64,000 nt of DNA from Candidatus Latescibacterota bacterium (GTDB taxonomy: Bacteria; Latescibacterota; UBA2968; UBA8231). Shown piece by piece: positions 9,617 to 19,003 of the stretch. Every line of letters starts with the position of its first letter. Position 1 is the stretch's first letter. The stretch covers positions 1,504,001 to 1,568,000 of the forward strand of contig CBDCXV010000010.1 of NCBI GenBank assembly GCA_965223905.1. The letters run 5' to 3'. Position numbers and translations under genes: made by a program. The notes beneath the pieces were generated by a model. The model had not been told where the DNA came from. It saw nothing but the letters and a program-made list of their open reading frames with translations, and did no database searches.

Positions 9617-10444
9617 GTGATCATCGATACCCATCTGCACGTCTGGAGCGGCGACTTCGAACGCTTTCCCTTTGCCGGGGACCGAAGGCGGGCCGAGGGC
9701 GCCCCGGTAGAGATGCTCCTGGAGACCATGGAGGAGGCCGGCGTCGGCCGCGCCGTCATCGTGCAGCCGATCCATTACCTCTACGACAACCGCTACGTCG
9801 CGGAGTGTCTCGAGCGTTTTCCGGGCAAGTTCGCCGCCATTGGCCTGGTGGACCGGAAGGCCCCGGACGCCCCCGAGCAGCTGGAGCGGCTGGTGCGGGA
9901 AGCGGGTTTTGGCGGCCTGCGCATCCACCTGTCCCGCCCCGACGACCCGGCCGAGTGGGCGGCGCCGGATCAGGACCGCATCTGGGAGAAGGCCGCGGCC
10001 CTGGGTTCGACCTTCATCATCTACGGTCCGGCCTCGCTGCTGCCGGCGGTGGAGCCGATCGTCGCCCGCTTTCCCGGGGTGAAGGTCGCCCTCGACCACA
10101 ACGGCGGCGCACCCCCCAACGAGGAAGATGCCGGACGGCCGCTGTTGAATACCGTGCTCGGCTTCGCCCGCTACCCCAATGTCCACGTCAAGTTTTCGCC
10201 GCAGGGCCACCGCTCGGAGAGGGAATTCCCGCACCCGGACACCTTCGATCTCTATCGCCGGCTGTACGACGCCTTCGGTCCGCGGCGGCTCATGTGGGGC
10301 ACCAATTTTCCCGGTGTCCTCGAGGCCATGGGCTACGCACGGGCGCTGGAGCTGTTTCGCGACCATCTGGGTTTTCTCAGCGGCGAGGACCGGGAGTGGC
10401 TGTTTCACCGAACCGCCGAAAGCCTGTGGGATTTCGGCGCCTGA
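9617..10444 (+). CDS. Amidohydrolase family 2 protein
   Basis: IIDTHLHVW, AVIVQP, DN.Y, LDH.G, FGPRRLMWGTNFP. Confidence 0.9.
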   Translation: MIIDTHLHVWSGDFERFPFAGDRRRAEGAPVEMLLETMEEAGVGRAVIVQPIHYLYDNRYVAECLERFPGKFAAIGLVDRKAPDAPEQLERLVREAGFGGLRIHLSRPDDPAEWAAPDQDRIWEKAAALGSTFIIYGPASLLPAVEPIVARFPGVKVALDHNGGAPPNEEDAGRPLLNTVLGFARYPNVHVKFSPQGHRSEREFPHPDTFDLYRRLYDAFGPRRLMWGTNFPGVLEAMGYARALELFRDHLGFLSGEDREWLFHRTAESLWDFGA

Positions 10445-10456
10445 AAGGAGCCCGAT

Positions 10457-11278
10457 GTGATAAAATTGGGGATGATGGTACGGAACACCCCGGCGGCGGA
10501 TGTGGAAACATCCATCGATTTTGCGCGCGAGCTCGAGCTCGACACCGTCGACGTGCACCTGAGCGGGCTGAACCGCGGCCCAGCCTACCTGCAGCGAATC
10601 CGTACCCGGTGTCTGCGCCGGGGGCTGAGCATCGGCTACGCCGGCGCCGGCAGCTTCGTCGGCCCTCCGGAGCAGGCCGGGGAGCGCATGCGGCAGGGGC
10701 GCGAGGACGCCGACACCGCGGCGCTGCTGGGGGCGCCGCTGCTCCGGGTATTCGCCCGCCACAAGTGGCCGGGCACGGTCGCCGAGCAGGAGGCGTTGTG
10801 GGGTCCGATGATCGAAAGCTTCCGCCGGATCTGCGACTACGCCGCGGGGCGGGGGGTTTCCGTGGCCCTGCAGAACCACGACAACGGCAGCTTCGCCATG
10901 ACCGCGGACCAGGTGCTGCGCATCATCGGCGACGTCGACCACCCCAACTTCAGCTTTCTCATGGACACGGGGCAGTGGTCGGGTGCCATCGGCTCGCATC
11001 CGCGCGGCGAGTTCGATCCGGATATCGATTTGTACAGGGACTACCTGGAGCGCACGGTGGAGCACGCCACCTGCGTGCGGGCCAAGATCTACAAGATCGA
11101 CGGCGGCCGGGAGGAATTCCTCGACTACGAGCGCATCCTGGGAATCCTGCGCCGGGCGAACTACAACGGCCACATCGGACTGGTGTTCGAGGTGGGGGAC
11201 CGCAACAGCTGCAGTGTGGAAGAGTGCATGCGGCTGGCGGTCGAGCACCTGCGCGAGGTCATCGCCGGTTCGGCTTGA
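10457..11278 (+). CDS. Sugar phosphate isomerase/epimerase (xylose isomerase-like TIM barrel)
   Basis: LGAPLLRVF, VALQNH, LMDTG, LDYERILGILR..YNGHIGL.FE. Confidence 0.85.
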   Translation: MIKLGMMVRNTPAADVETSIDFARELELDTVDVHLSGLNRGPAYLQRIRTRCLRRGLSIGYAGAGSFVGPPEQAGERMRQGREDADTAALLGAPLLRVFARHKWPGTVAEQEALWGPMIESFRRICDYAAGRGVSVALQNHDNGSFAMTADQVLRIIGDVDHPNFSFLMDTGQWSGAIGSHPRGEFDPDIDLYRDYLERTVEHATCVRAKIYKIDGGREEFLDYERILGILRRANYNGHIGLVFEVGDRNSCSVEECMRLAVEHLREVIAGSA

Positions 11279-11396
11279 ATGGGTATTTCCGGTTTATTGC
11301 GAGTCCCCTCCGTGGAAACTCCGCGTTGAACCGGGACCCTGGCCGGTAGCTTGCGGGGCAACCATTCGTTAAGGTCAGCGGCGGAAAGGATTCAGG

Positions 11397-12302
11397 ATGC
11401 CGTTTCCCAGCTCCGGAATGAACGCCGTCGCCGGAAAGGTTCCGGGCCGCGCCGGGTTTTTCGTCAAGGATCTCGAAACCGGGCTGCAGTGTGAATACAA
11501 CGCCGACGAACCGCTGCCGACGGCCAGCACCATCAAGGTGGCCGCCCTGATCGAGGTGTTCCGCCGCGCCGGGGAGGGCCTGCTGTCGCTCGACGACCGC
11601 CACCGCGTGCCCCGGAACGTCTCCACCCAGGGAACCGGGGTGTTGAGCTTGACCCGGGACGATCCGGAGCTGACGGTGCGGGATTTCTGCCGGCTGATGA
11701 TGGCGGTCAGCGACAACGCCGCCACCGACACTCTCGTCGGCCTCGTGACCCCCGGGGCGATCAACGCGACCATGGAGGCGCTGGGCTTTCACCACACCCG
11801 CTTGCCGATGCCGATCGGGGTCTGGCACTACCTCATGGACGGGATTACGGCGCCGCCGTCGCGGGAAAACGACGAGTTGAAAAGAACCGGCGAGCTCGGC
11901 GGCGACGGCGACCGGGACCTTCCCTTCGCCAGCTCCCTCGACAACAATGTCGCCTCCGCCCGCGACCTGGGCCGGATGATGGAGATGATGCACAGGGGGG
12001 AAATCCTCAGTCCCGATGCCTGCGCGCAGATGCTCGAGATGATGAAGAAGTCGACGGATCCCGACCGCATCCGACGGAATCTCAGGCCCGAAATCGAGGT
12101 CGCCCGCAAGAACGGCGGCAGCGGCCGCATCAAGGCCGACGCCGGGGTCGTCTACCTGCCCTCGGGGCCGCTGGTCATAGCCGCCCTCGTCACCACCGAC
12201 AGGCGCGAGGACGGGCAGATCGGCATGGACGCCATCGGCGAGATCAGCCGCCTGGCCTTCGAAACCTTGTCTCCCGAAAGCGTGCTCCATCCGGATGAGT
12301 AG
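11397..12302 (+). CDS. Serine hydrolase, class A beta-lactamase-like fold
   Basis: ASTIK (SxxK), SDN, KNG, DAGVV; no signal peptide. Confidence 0.85.
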   Translation: MPFPSSGMNAVAGKVPGRAGFFVKDLETGLQCEYNADEPLPTASTIKVAALIEVFRRAGEGLLSLDDRHRVPRNVSTQGTGVLSLTRDDPELTVRDFCRLMMAVSDNAATDTLVGLVTPGAINATMEALGFHHTRLPMPIGVWHYLMDGITAPPSRENDELKRTGELGGDGDRDLPFASSLDNNVASARDLGRMMEMMHRGEILSPDACAQMLEMMKKSTDPDRIRRNLRPEIEVARKNGGSGRIKADAGVVYLPSGPLVIAALVTTDRREDGQIGMDAIGEISRLAFETLSPESVLHPDE

Positions 12303-12312
12303 AGAAAATTCC

Positions 12313-13332
12313 ATGTCCATCGATGCCCAACAGCTTCACCGCGAAAGTCTCGTAATCGACTCCCACAACGACACCGCCGTCACCCTGATCAGTCACGGGG
12401 ATTTTGATCTGGAAGGGAGGCCGCAGAACGATCGCGCCGGCTTCGTCGCCCACCTGCGGAAGCGCCTGCCGGCCGAGGCGCGGTCTCCGCAGCTCACCCT
12501 GCCGCTGTTGCGCCAAGGGGGTATCGACCTCGCCTTCTTCGCCGTCGACAACACTTCCGCCTGGGGCAACCACCTCCTCTACGTGATGGATGCCCACGGC
12601 TACCTGATCCGGGAAATCGACGAGCGCCAGGAGGAGATCCGCGTCGTCAGGAACTGCGCCGAGATCGACGCCAACCGGGCGGAAGGCCGCATCGGCGCGC
12701 TGTTGACCGTCGAGAACTCGGAGGCTCTCGAGGGTTCCCTTCACGTCCTCGAGGCTCTGTACGAGTTGGGGATACGGTCCTTGACCCTCACCCACTCCGC
12801 CCGCACCCTGGCAGGGGACGGTTGCGAGGTGGAAGGCGGCGGCGGCTTGACGGCATTCGGACGGCAGGTCGTCGGGCGAATGGAGGAGCTGGGGATGCTC
12901 GTCGACGTATCCCACCTGAACGACCGCGGTTTCGCCGACCTTCTCGATGTGGCGGGCAAACCCGTCATCGCCTCCCACAGCTGCTGCCGGGCGTTGTGCG
13001 GGAACCTCCGCAACCTGACCGACGAGCAGCTGCGCCTCCTGGGCGAGGCAGGGGGGGGCGTCGGCATCACCTACGTCCCCTGGTTCATCGATACCGAAAA
13101 ACCGCCGACTCTGGCCCGCCTCGTCGACCACGTACTTCACGCCCTCGAGGTCGCCGGCGAGGATGCGGTCGGCCTGGGGTCGGACTTCGACGGCGGTGGG
13201 GACCTGCTCGCCGACGCCTCTCAGGTGCCGTCGATCACCGAAGAGCTCCTGCGCCGCGGCGTCGGCGAGGCGGTGGTCGTCAAGGTGCTGGGAGGCAACC
13301 ACCGCCGGCTGCTGGAGACCATCGTCGGGTAG
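12313..13332 (+). CDS. Membrane dipeptidase (peptidase M19), canonical
   Basis: IDSHND, LTVE, VDVSH, IASHS, RNLTD, GSDFDG all intact; alternative start 12295. Confidence 0.92.
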   Translation: MSIDAQQLHRESLVIDSHNDTAVTLISHGDFDLEGRPQNDRAGFVAHLRKRLPAEARSPQLTLPLLRQGGIDLAFFAVDNTSAWGNHLLYVMDAHGYLIREIDERQEEIRVVRNCAEIDANRAEGRIGALLTVENSEALEGSLHVLEALYELGIRSLTLTHSARTLAGDGCEVEGGGGLTAFGRQVVGRMEELGMLVDVSHLNDRGFADLLDVAGKPVIASHSCCRALCGNLRNLTDEQLRLLGEAGGGVGITYVPWFIDTEKPPTLARLVDHVLHALEVAGEDAVGLGSDFDGGGDLLADASQVPSITEELLRRGVGEAVVVKVLGGNHRRLLETIVG

Positions 13333-13462
13333 CCGGCGACTCCCATCCCCGAGGCCGCACAGCCGCGTCCAATCCGGCGAGCTTTCTCCGCAGAGGTAGC
13401 GAAATGGCAGACCGCCGCGGGAGAGGAAGGCGCCACGCCCATGCGGCGGCGCCTCTGCCTGA

Positions 13463-13622
13463 CAGTCCGTTGAAATAGTCCATCCGGGCTGCGGCCGGCC
13501 CTTGACGGCCGCGAACCCGGCGTTGGGCTCCCTCCCCGAATTCTCTGCGATTCGACTCGGTCGCGCGCCTTGTCTTAGGCCGCCAGGACTCCGCCTCCTG
13601 CAGCAACTATATCAACGGGCTG
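13463..13622. mobile_element. MITE-like non-autonomous element, 160 bp
   Basis: Terminal inverted repeats cagtccgttgaaatagt (13463-13479) and actatatcaacgggctg (13606-13622), 15/17 match; no credible coding content; lies between convergent genes. Confidence 0.72.
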
Positions 13623-14795
13623 CTAACCGGCGCGCACGGCGCTGCCGATGTTTCGCAACTGCTTCTCCGTCAGCAGTCCGTAGTTGTAGAAGGTGACGCC
13701 ACCGGCGCCGGCCTGGCGGGCGACCGCCAGCTGCTCCCTGATCGGCTCCGCCGTCCACAAATCCCCCCCGGGCCGCAGAAACACCGTCCCCCCTTCGGCG
13801 ATCTCCCCTTCGAGCTCGCCGATGCGCTGCCGGGGCTCCTCCCCTTCGCGCAGGGTGTAGCTGAGCCGGTCCACGCGCCGGTTGATGACGGGGTCGAGAT
13901 CGTTGGTCAGGGCCCTGGCCGGATCGGCCAGATCGGTCTGCAGTTTTGCCCCGCCGCTTCGGATCACCTCCGCCACCTCAAGCCAGAGATCCGTCGTATG
14001 CCGGCGCGAAATCTCCATGTAGCGCCGCAGGCGGCCGTCGAAGGCCTCGTCGAGCCAGGCCTCGGTCACCGGCTCGTCGGTGGCGGGGTCGGCGCCGGAG
14101 GCCAGCCGCGGGCGCATCCAGTCCACCAGGTCCCGCCGCAGCGGTTCGGCCTCGAGGCCGGCGGCGTCGGCGCAGGCCAGGGAGGCCGGGTTGAAGCAGA
14201 GACCCAGGAGGAACCGGCAGCGCTCCGGCATCCCCGCCCGTCTCTTGCCGGGCATGGAGAAACCCCGCCGCCCCAGCGACTCCACCCACACGGCGTCGGG
14301 CCGGAAGCGCTCCAGGATCTCAGCGGTGAGGGCTGTGAAGTAGGCCCTGACATCCTGCGGGGCCGTGCTCAGCGCCCCCGCGTGCGGGGTCCCGAAGGGG
14401 TCGTGCCGGGCGAACTCCGGGTAGTGTTCCGACAGGTGGTTCTGAAAGGTGTAGACGATCCAGGCGGAGAACCCGAGGCCTCGCTTGACGATGGCCTCGA
14501 CCATGCGGTCGAACCAGGCGGGGTCCGTCACCTCCCGGCTCACCCGCGGGCGCATCCGCGTCCCCTCGTAACGGGACAAGTCGGGGGAGAAGTACACGGC
14601 GCCGTTCTCCCCGAAGTAGACGGGGCGCCGGGGATTATGCGGCAGATAGTATTCGGAGCGATGGTAGCAGGGGGTGAGCAACACCTCGTCGCAGGCGGCC
14701 AGGTCGGCGATCCGGTCCAGGGAGACGCCGAGACCCTCGTCGGCCAGATCCCACGGATAGGTGTAGAGGGATACGACGAACGAATCCGTTGGCAC
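13623..14795 (-). CDS. Hypothetical glycoside-hydrolase-like TIM-barrel protein
   Basis: GTG 14795 after GAGGGGGAGG; SLYTYPWDL, YH, GAVYF, LCFNPA, FYNYG. The upstream part of the 719-aa track ORF is a shadow of the neighbouring gene. Confidence 0.7.
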   Translation of the reverse strand: MPTDSFVVSLYTYPWDLADEGLGVSLDRIADLAACDEVLLTPCYHRSEYYLPHNPRRPVYFGENGAVYFSPDLSRYEGTRMRPRVSREVTDPAWFDRMVEAIVKRGLGFSAWIVYTFQNHLSEHYPEFARHDPFGTPHAGALSTAPQDVRAYFTALTAEILERFRPDAVWVESLGRRGFSMPGKRRAGMPERCRFLLGLCFNPASLACADAAGLEAEPLRRDLVDWMRPRLASGADPATDEPVTEAWLDEAFDGRLRRYMEISRRHTTDLWLEVAEVIRSGGAKLQTDLADPARALTNDLDPVINRRVDRLSYTLREGEEPRQRIGELEGEIAEGGTVFLRPGGDLWTAEPIREQLAVARQAGAGGVTFYNYGLLTEKQLRNIGSAVRAG

Positions 14796-14812
14796 CCGGG
14801 CCTCCCCCTCTC

Positions 14813-15928
14813 TTACGACGCCGCTTCCACTGAGGCCCCTCCGATCGGTCTGTCGGCGGCGGACCTGATCTGCTCTGCGTAGCGCTCCTCGCCAAGGGTT
14901 TCCTTCTTGTTGAGGAAGCGGCTCATGGCGGGGACGATCTTCTGGCTGCGGTCCCGGATCGGGAAGTGGACGGGGGCGTGGTTCTCGCGGTGAGACTGGC
15001 GCAGGCCGATGGCGATCTCGAGCACTTTGGCCATGTTGGCCCCGCTGCAGCGGGGCTCGATCCCCAGGTCGAGGGCCTCGACGATGGACTGGATGCCGCC
15101 GCGCTGGCGCGTGCCGCTGGGGTGGATCCAATCTTCGGGATCTCCGAATTCGTCGAAGAAACCCTCCTCCTCCACCAGCTTCCGGTGGGGTTCGCCCCGC
15201 CAGACGTGGCCGCTGTTCCAGTTCGAGTAATAGACGCCCTTGCTGCACACCACCTCGATCCCCTCCAGGGGAGAGCGCCTGGTGTGGATGAAGGCGTCGA
15301 CGCCGTTGGCGAAGCGGACGGCCCCGCCCATGCACTGGTCGTCGTCCGAGAAGGGGTCGCCGAGGCACCAGCCGGTCGCCCATTCCACGTCGGCGTCGCC
15401 GGCGAACAGGCGCAGGACGCTGAGTCCCTGGCAGCCGCCCCCCGAGATCTCGTTGGTCGACTGGTACAGGTTGATGCTGCACAGCTCCCCGAGGTCGCCG
15501 GAGTCGAGGAGTCGCCTGACCTTCCAATGCTGGGGCATGTTGCGGTAGGCGTCGCCCGAGGCAAAGGCTATCCCCCTGGATTCGCAGGCCCGGACCATGG
15601 CGTCGGACTCCTCCAGGCTGGACGCCATCGGTTTTTCGCAGTAAATGGCCCTGACCCCGGCGCCGGCACAATCGATGACGACCCGGGGGTTGGGCTGCAC
15701 CGGCAGGATCGGGGCGGCGATGTCGATCTCCTCCTCGGCGAGCAGCTCGCGGTAGTCGGCGTATCCCGGCACCGGAAAACACTCGAGAAACAGCTTCAGA
15801 TTGTCGGCGTCCGGGTCGGCGGCGGCGGCGATCTCGGTGCGCGGATTGCCAGCGTAGCCCCTGGCGTGTCCGTGCCCCTTGCGGCCGCAGCCGATCAGGG
15901 CGACGCGATAGATCCGGTTATCGGTCAT
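14813..15928 (-). CDS. Gfo/Idh/MocA family oxidoreductase
   Basis: VALIGCG..G..HA, IYCEKPMA. Confidence 0.92.
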   Translation of the reverse strand: MTDNRIYRVALIGCGRKGHGHARGYAGNPRTEIAAAADPDADNLKLFLECFPVPGYADYRELLAEEEIDIAAPILPVQPNPRVVIDCAGAGVRAIYCEKPMASSLEESDAMVRACESRGIAFASGDAYRNMPQHWKVRRLLDSGDLGELCSINLYQSTNEISGGGCQGLSVLRLFAGDADVEWATGWCLGDPFSDDDQCMGGAVRFANGVDAFIHTRRSPLEGIEVVCSKGVYYSNWNSGHVWRGEPHRKLVEEEGFFDEFGDPEDWIHPSGTRQRGGIQSIVEALDLGIEPRCSGANMAKVLEIAIGLRQSHRENHAPVHFPIRDRSQKIVPAMSRFLNKKETLGEERYAEQIRSAADRPIGGASVEAAS

Positions 15929-15940
15929 GGTTCTTCCTTG

Positions 15941-16651
15941 TCATGCGGCGACGATCAGGCAGATCAACCACCCGTCACCGCCATTCTCCAGGTGACAGGT
16001 GACTCCGGGGGGCAGGTGGGCGGCGTCCCCTTCGCGAACCCTCTTCTCCCTGCCGTCGACGACGAGGCGGCCGCGGCCTGCGAGCACATAGTAGATCTGC
16101 TCCAGCGGGCGCATGCTCTCCGCGGTTCGCAGCCGGGGTTGCACCATCTCCCGGTCGACGAACGCCAGTCCCCGCAGGCAACCCCCCTCCTCACCCGCCG
16201 CCGCCAGCAGGCGCCAACGCACCGCCCCTTCGCCATCCGCTTCCGGAGCCACGTCGCGCCAGTTGCGGTTGGCGAAACGCCCGCCGTCGCTCGCCACGTT
16301 CATGCTGATGACGTGATGCAACAGGAAGCCGTCTCCCCTGTTGAAGATCTGGTGGTGAGGCCCGGAGGGCAGGTAGAAAACGTCCCCTTCCCTTGCCGGG
16401 GCGCGCTCGTCACCGCACAGGACCTCCCCTTCCCCGTCGAGGATGTAGTAGAGCTGCTCCCTGTTCTTGTGGTTGTGATGGTCCGACTTCTTGCGGGCCT
16501 GGATCGCGTGGACGGTGATGCCGCCCTGCTTCTCGAGCACGCAACGCGGGTCGTCCTGGCGCAGGTCCCTGGCCTGCAGGCAGCTCCAGACGATGGCGCT
16601 CTGGTGGCTGATGACCGGTTCAGCGTCTCTCCAGTTGTTGATCGCAGTCAT
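15941..16651 (-). CDS. Bicupin protein
   Basis: ATG 16651; two repeats each starting NWRD..P; first has H-N-H..EQLYYIL.G.G and H, second has EQIYYVL.GRG and H but lacks HxH. Confidence 0.85.
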   Translation of the reverse strand: MTAINNWRDAEPVISHQSAIVWSCLQARDLRQDDPRCVLEKQGGITVHAIQARKKSDHHNHKNREQLYYILDGEGEVLCGDERAPAREGDVFYLPSGPHHQIFNRGDGFLLHHVISMNVASDGGRFANRNWRDVAPEADGEGAVRWRLLAAAGEEGGCLRGLAFVDREMVQPRLRTAESMRPLEQIYYVLAGRGRLVVDGREKRVREGDAAHLPPGVTCHLENGGDGWLICLIVAA

Positions 16652-16671
16652 TGGCTGTCCTCGACCGGGGA

Positions 16672-17367
16672 TTACCGGCGCTCGTCCTCGGGAACGACCG
16701 ATTTGTCCCTGGGGTGGTAGCCGATCGCCCGTTTGCCGTGTTCCAGGTCGTAGAGGGGCCAGTCGCTGTCGGAGACCCCGAAGACGACCTCGAACTCGAC
16801 CCCGGGATGGGTGACCGCCTGCTCGAACAGGTGAACGCAGTCGCCGTGGCTCAACTGATGGGGATGCTCGGGTTGATCGCGGTCGGGGTTGAAATTGCCG
16901 ATGCGGACCGCCACGACCTCCATGTCGAACCGGGCGGAGTACATGTAACCGATACTCTCGCCGAAAACCTTGGTGATCGTGTAGTAGCTGTCCGGCTTGG
17001 GAAGCATCTCCGCGGTGCGCTGTATGGTGCGCGGATAGAAGGACTGGGGCAGCACGCCGGCGCGGCTGGCGTAGGCGATGCGGCGAACCCCATGCCGGCG
17101 CGCCGCCTCGAACACGTTGTAGGTGCCGACCATGCTCTGAAGGGCGTGGTCCCACTCCCCTCCGGGGACGTTCACCAGATGGATGACGGCATCCATCCCC
17201 TCCACCGCCGCCGCGACCTGGTCGAAGTCGTCGATGTCGCCGACGACGGCGTCGGGAATCCCGGGGGTCGGATCGCAGTCGAAGGCGCGCAGCTCGTGCC
17301 GCTCCCGCAACCCGCGGACCAGGGTGGTGCCGATCTTTCCGGCGGCGCCGGTTATCAGGATTCTCAT
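16672..17367 (-). CDS. NAD-dependent epimerase/dehydratase (uronate dehydrogenase-like extended SDR)
   Basis: ATG 17367; ILITGAAGKIG, GTYNVFEAA, YTITK (YxxxK), RIG, LSHGD. Confidence 0.88.
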   Translation of the reverse strand: MRILITGAAGKIGTTLVRGLRERHELRAFDCDPTPGIPDAVVGDIDDFDQVAAAVEGMDAVIHLVNVPGGEWDHALQSMVGTYNVFEAARRHGVRRIAYASRAGVLPQSFYPRTIQRTAEMLPKPDSYYTITKVFGESIGYMYSARFDMEVVAVRIGNFNPDRDQPEHPHQLSHGDCVHLFEQAVTHPGVEFEVVFGVSDSDWPLYDLEHGKRAIGYHPRDKSVVPEDERR

Positions 17368-17396
17368 CGCAGGAAATCTCCTTACGTGGCTGCGCC

Positions 17397-18968
17397 TCAT
17401 CCGCTCGGCGGGGCGACGCGCTCCATGTCCAATCCTTCGGGCCGGAGGAAATCCCGGTAGCGGGTTTTGATCTCCAGGCCGTTTAGGCTGCGGGCGAATC
17501 CCGCCTTGGGGTCGAAGCGGCGGCATTCGATCTCCACGACGTTCTCCCCCTCCAGAAGGTCGTCGAGCTCCAGCCTGTAGCGGAACCAGTGGGCCGACAT
17601 GCCCAAGGGGGCCTGCAGTTGCATGCTCCCGGCCAGCTTCACGGGGATGGTCAGGGCGCGCTCGTCGCTGATTTCCGCCTGCTCCCAGGGGAGGGGGCGG
17701 CCGTTGATGCGGAACTCGATATCGTCTTCGATGCAGAAGAAGGCGAACCTCAAGGTCAGGATCGGCCGCCGCATCTCGCCGTCCTCCCGGGCGCCTGTGA
17801 GGTCGTCCGCCACGGCGATCGCCACCCTGTGGGTCCGGCCTTCCTCCAGGGCAACGGGCAATTGCCGTTCCGGCGTGCTGGTGGGCCCGTCGAGGGCTCC
17901 CTCCCTAGGCTGCAGGGTGTAGCGCTTCTCGTAGCGGGCGAATACCTCGGGATGGCCCAGCTCGCGCAGGATCCGGTATTCGCGCTCGGCAAAAGGCCAG
18001 GGAAAGTAGCCGTGGTACTGGCCGGCGAATCCCTGGCGCCTGAGGGTGGTGCCCAGGGCCCGGTACATCTCGATGGAAGGCAGGCCCACCCGCTCGTCGT
18101 AGATCCTGCGCGGGGGCCGGTAGTAGGCGGCGACCCCCGCGGGGTCGGCCGCCTTCGGCAGCCAGTCGGGCATGGGGTCGGTCTGGACGACGACGCGGCC
18201 GTCCTGTGCGACGACGTAATCGACGCTGCCGTCGGCGATCCACGCCTCGACGTCGAGACCCATCGACAGGTTGGCCTCCCGCTCGAGGTCGACCCGCACC
18301 ATCACCGGGATCTCGCGCTCCTGCCGCCCCCCCACCTCCTGCGCCAGTTCGCGCACCTGGGCGACGAAGCGGTTCATCAGGGGAGTATGCTCCTCGACCT
18401 GAGACGCCTTGAAGAAGTACTTGTCGAACATGAAGTCGAGCTCGACGCCATCGGCGCGGTACTCCTCCAGCACCTCGCGCAGGAGCGCCAGCTCGTACTC
18501 TCTCACGCGCTCGTCGGCGTAGTCGTAACACCACTTCGCCCTTCCCTCCTCGCCGATGCAGACCGCCTCCCCGTGCTCCAACTTGAGGGAGCCGCAGCGC
18601 TCGCTCCCCGGGGGACTGCTGTCCTGCAGCTTCAGGCTGGGGAAGACCTTCAGGTCCAGCTCCCGGCCGCGGGCGACCACTTCCCGCAGCTGGTCGGTTC
18701 CCTTTTCCGCCGCGGCCTCGACCATGCGCATTATGCGCCAGTCGATGAAGTTGTCCCACACCTCCTTCACCTGGCCGACCACGCGGCCGATTTTCGTCTG
18801 GTGGAAGAAGACGTCCCCGTAGCCCAGTCCCAGCACCAGCAGGTCGACGCCGGTGCCGGCCACCTCGTCAACGGGCCATTGCAGCATGTGGCGGCTGGCA
18901 GGCGGCTCGATGCGCTTGGCGTTGAAATGGTGGGCGTCGTTGTAGTAGATCAGCCTTGGTCTGTCCAT
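17397..18968 (-). CDS. Glycoside-hydrolase-like TIM-barrel protein (GHL10-like), distant paralogue of 6901-8439
   Basis: ATG 18968 after AGGAG; LIYYND, YDYADERVR, DGVELDF, GLDVEAWI. Confidence 0.72.
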   Translation of the reverse strand: MDRPRLIYYNDAHHFNAKRIEPPASRHMLQWPVDEVAGTGVDLLVLGLGYGDVFFHQTKIGRVVGQVKEVWDNFIDWRIMRMVEAAAEKGTDQLREVVARGRELDLKVFPSLKLQDSSPPGSERCGSLKLEHGEAVCIGEEGRAKWCYDYADERVREYELALLREVLEEYRADGVELDFMFDKYFFKASQVEEHTPLMNRFVAQVRELAQEVGGRQEREIPVMVRVDLEREANLSMGLDVEAWIADGSVDYVVAQDGRVVVQTDPMPDWLPKAADPAGVAAYYRPPRRIYDERVGLPSIEMYRALGTTLRRQGFAGQYHGYFPWPFAEREYRILRELGHPEVFARYEKRYTLQPREGALDGPTSTPERQLPVALEEGRTHRVAIAVADDLTGAREDGEMRRPILTLRFAFFCIEDDIEFRINGRPLPWEQAEISDERALTIPVKLAGSMQLQAPLGMSAHWFRYRLELDDLLEGENVVEIECRRFDPKAGFARSLNGLEIKTRYRDFLRPEGLDMERVAPPSG

Positions 18969-19003
18969 GGGTCTTCTTCTCCTGCTTGCCGGGCGGCCGG
19001 CGT

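Noticed and set aside
11277-11370. gaatgg...ccattc inverted ends as a second MITE
   Set aside because: Only 6 bp of perfect match, expected by chance.
8454-12302. Antibiotic-resistance cluster from two beta-lactamase-fold genes
   Set aside because: Both lack signal peptides and have non-canonical motifs; the context is catabolic.
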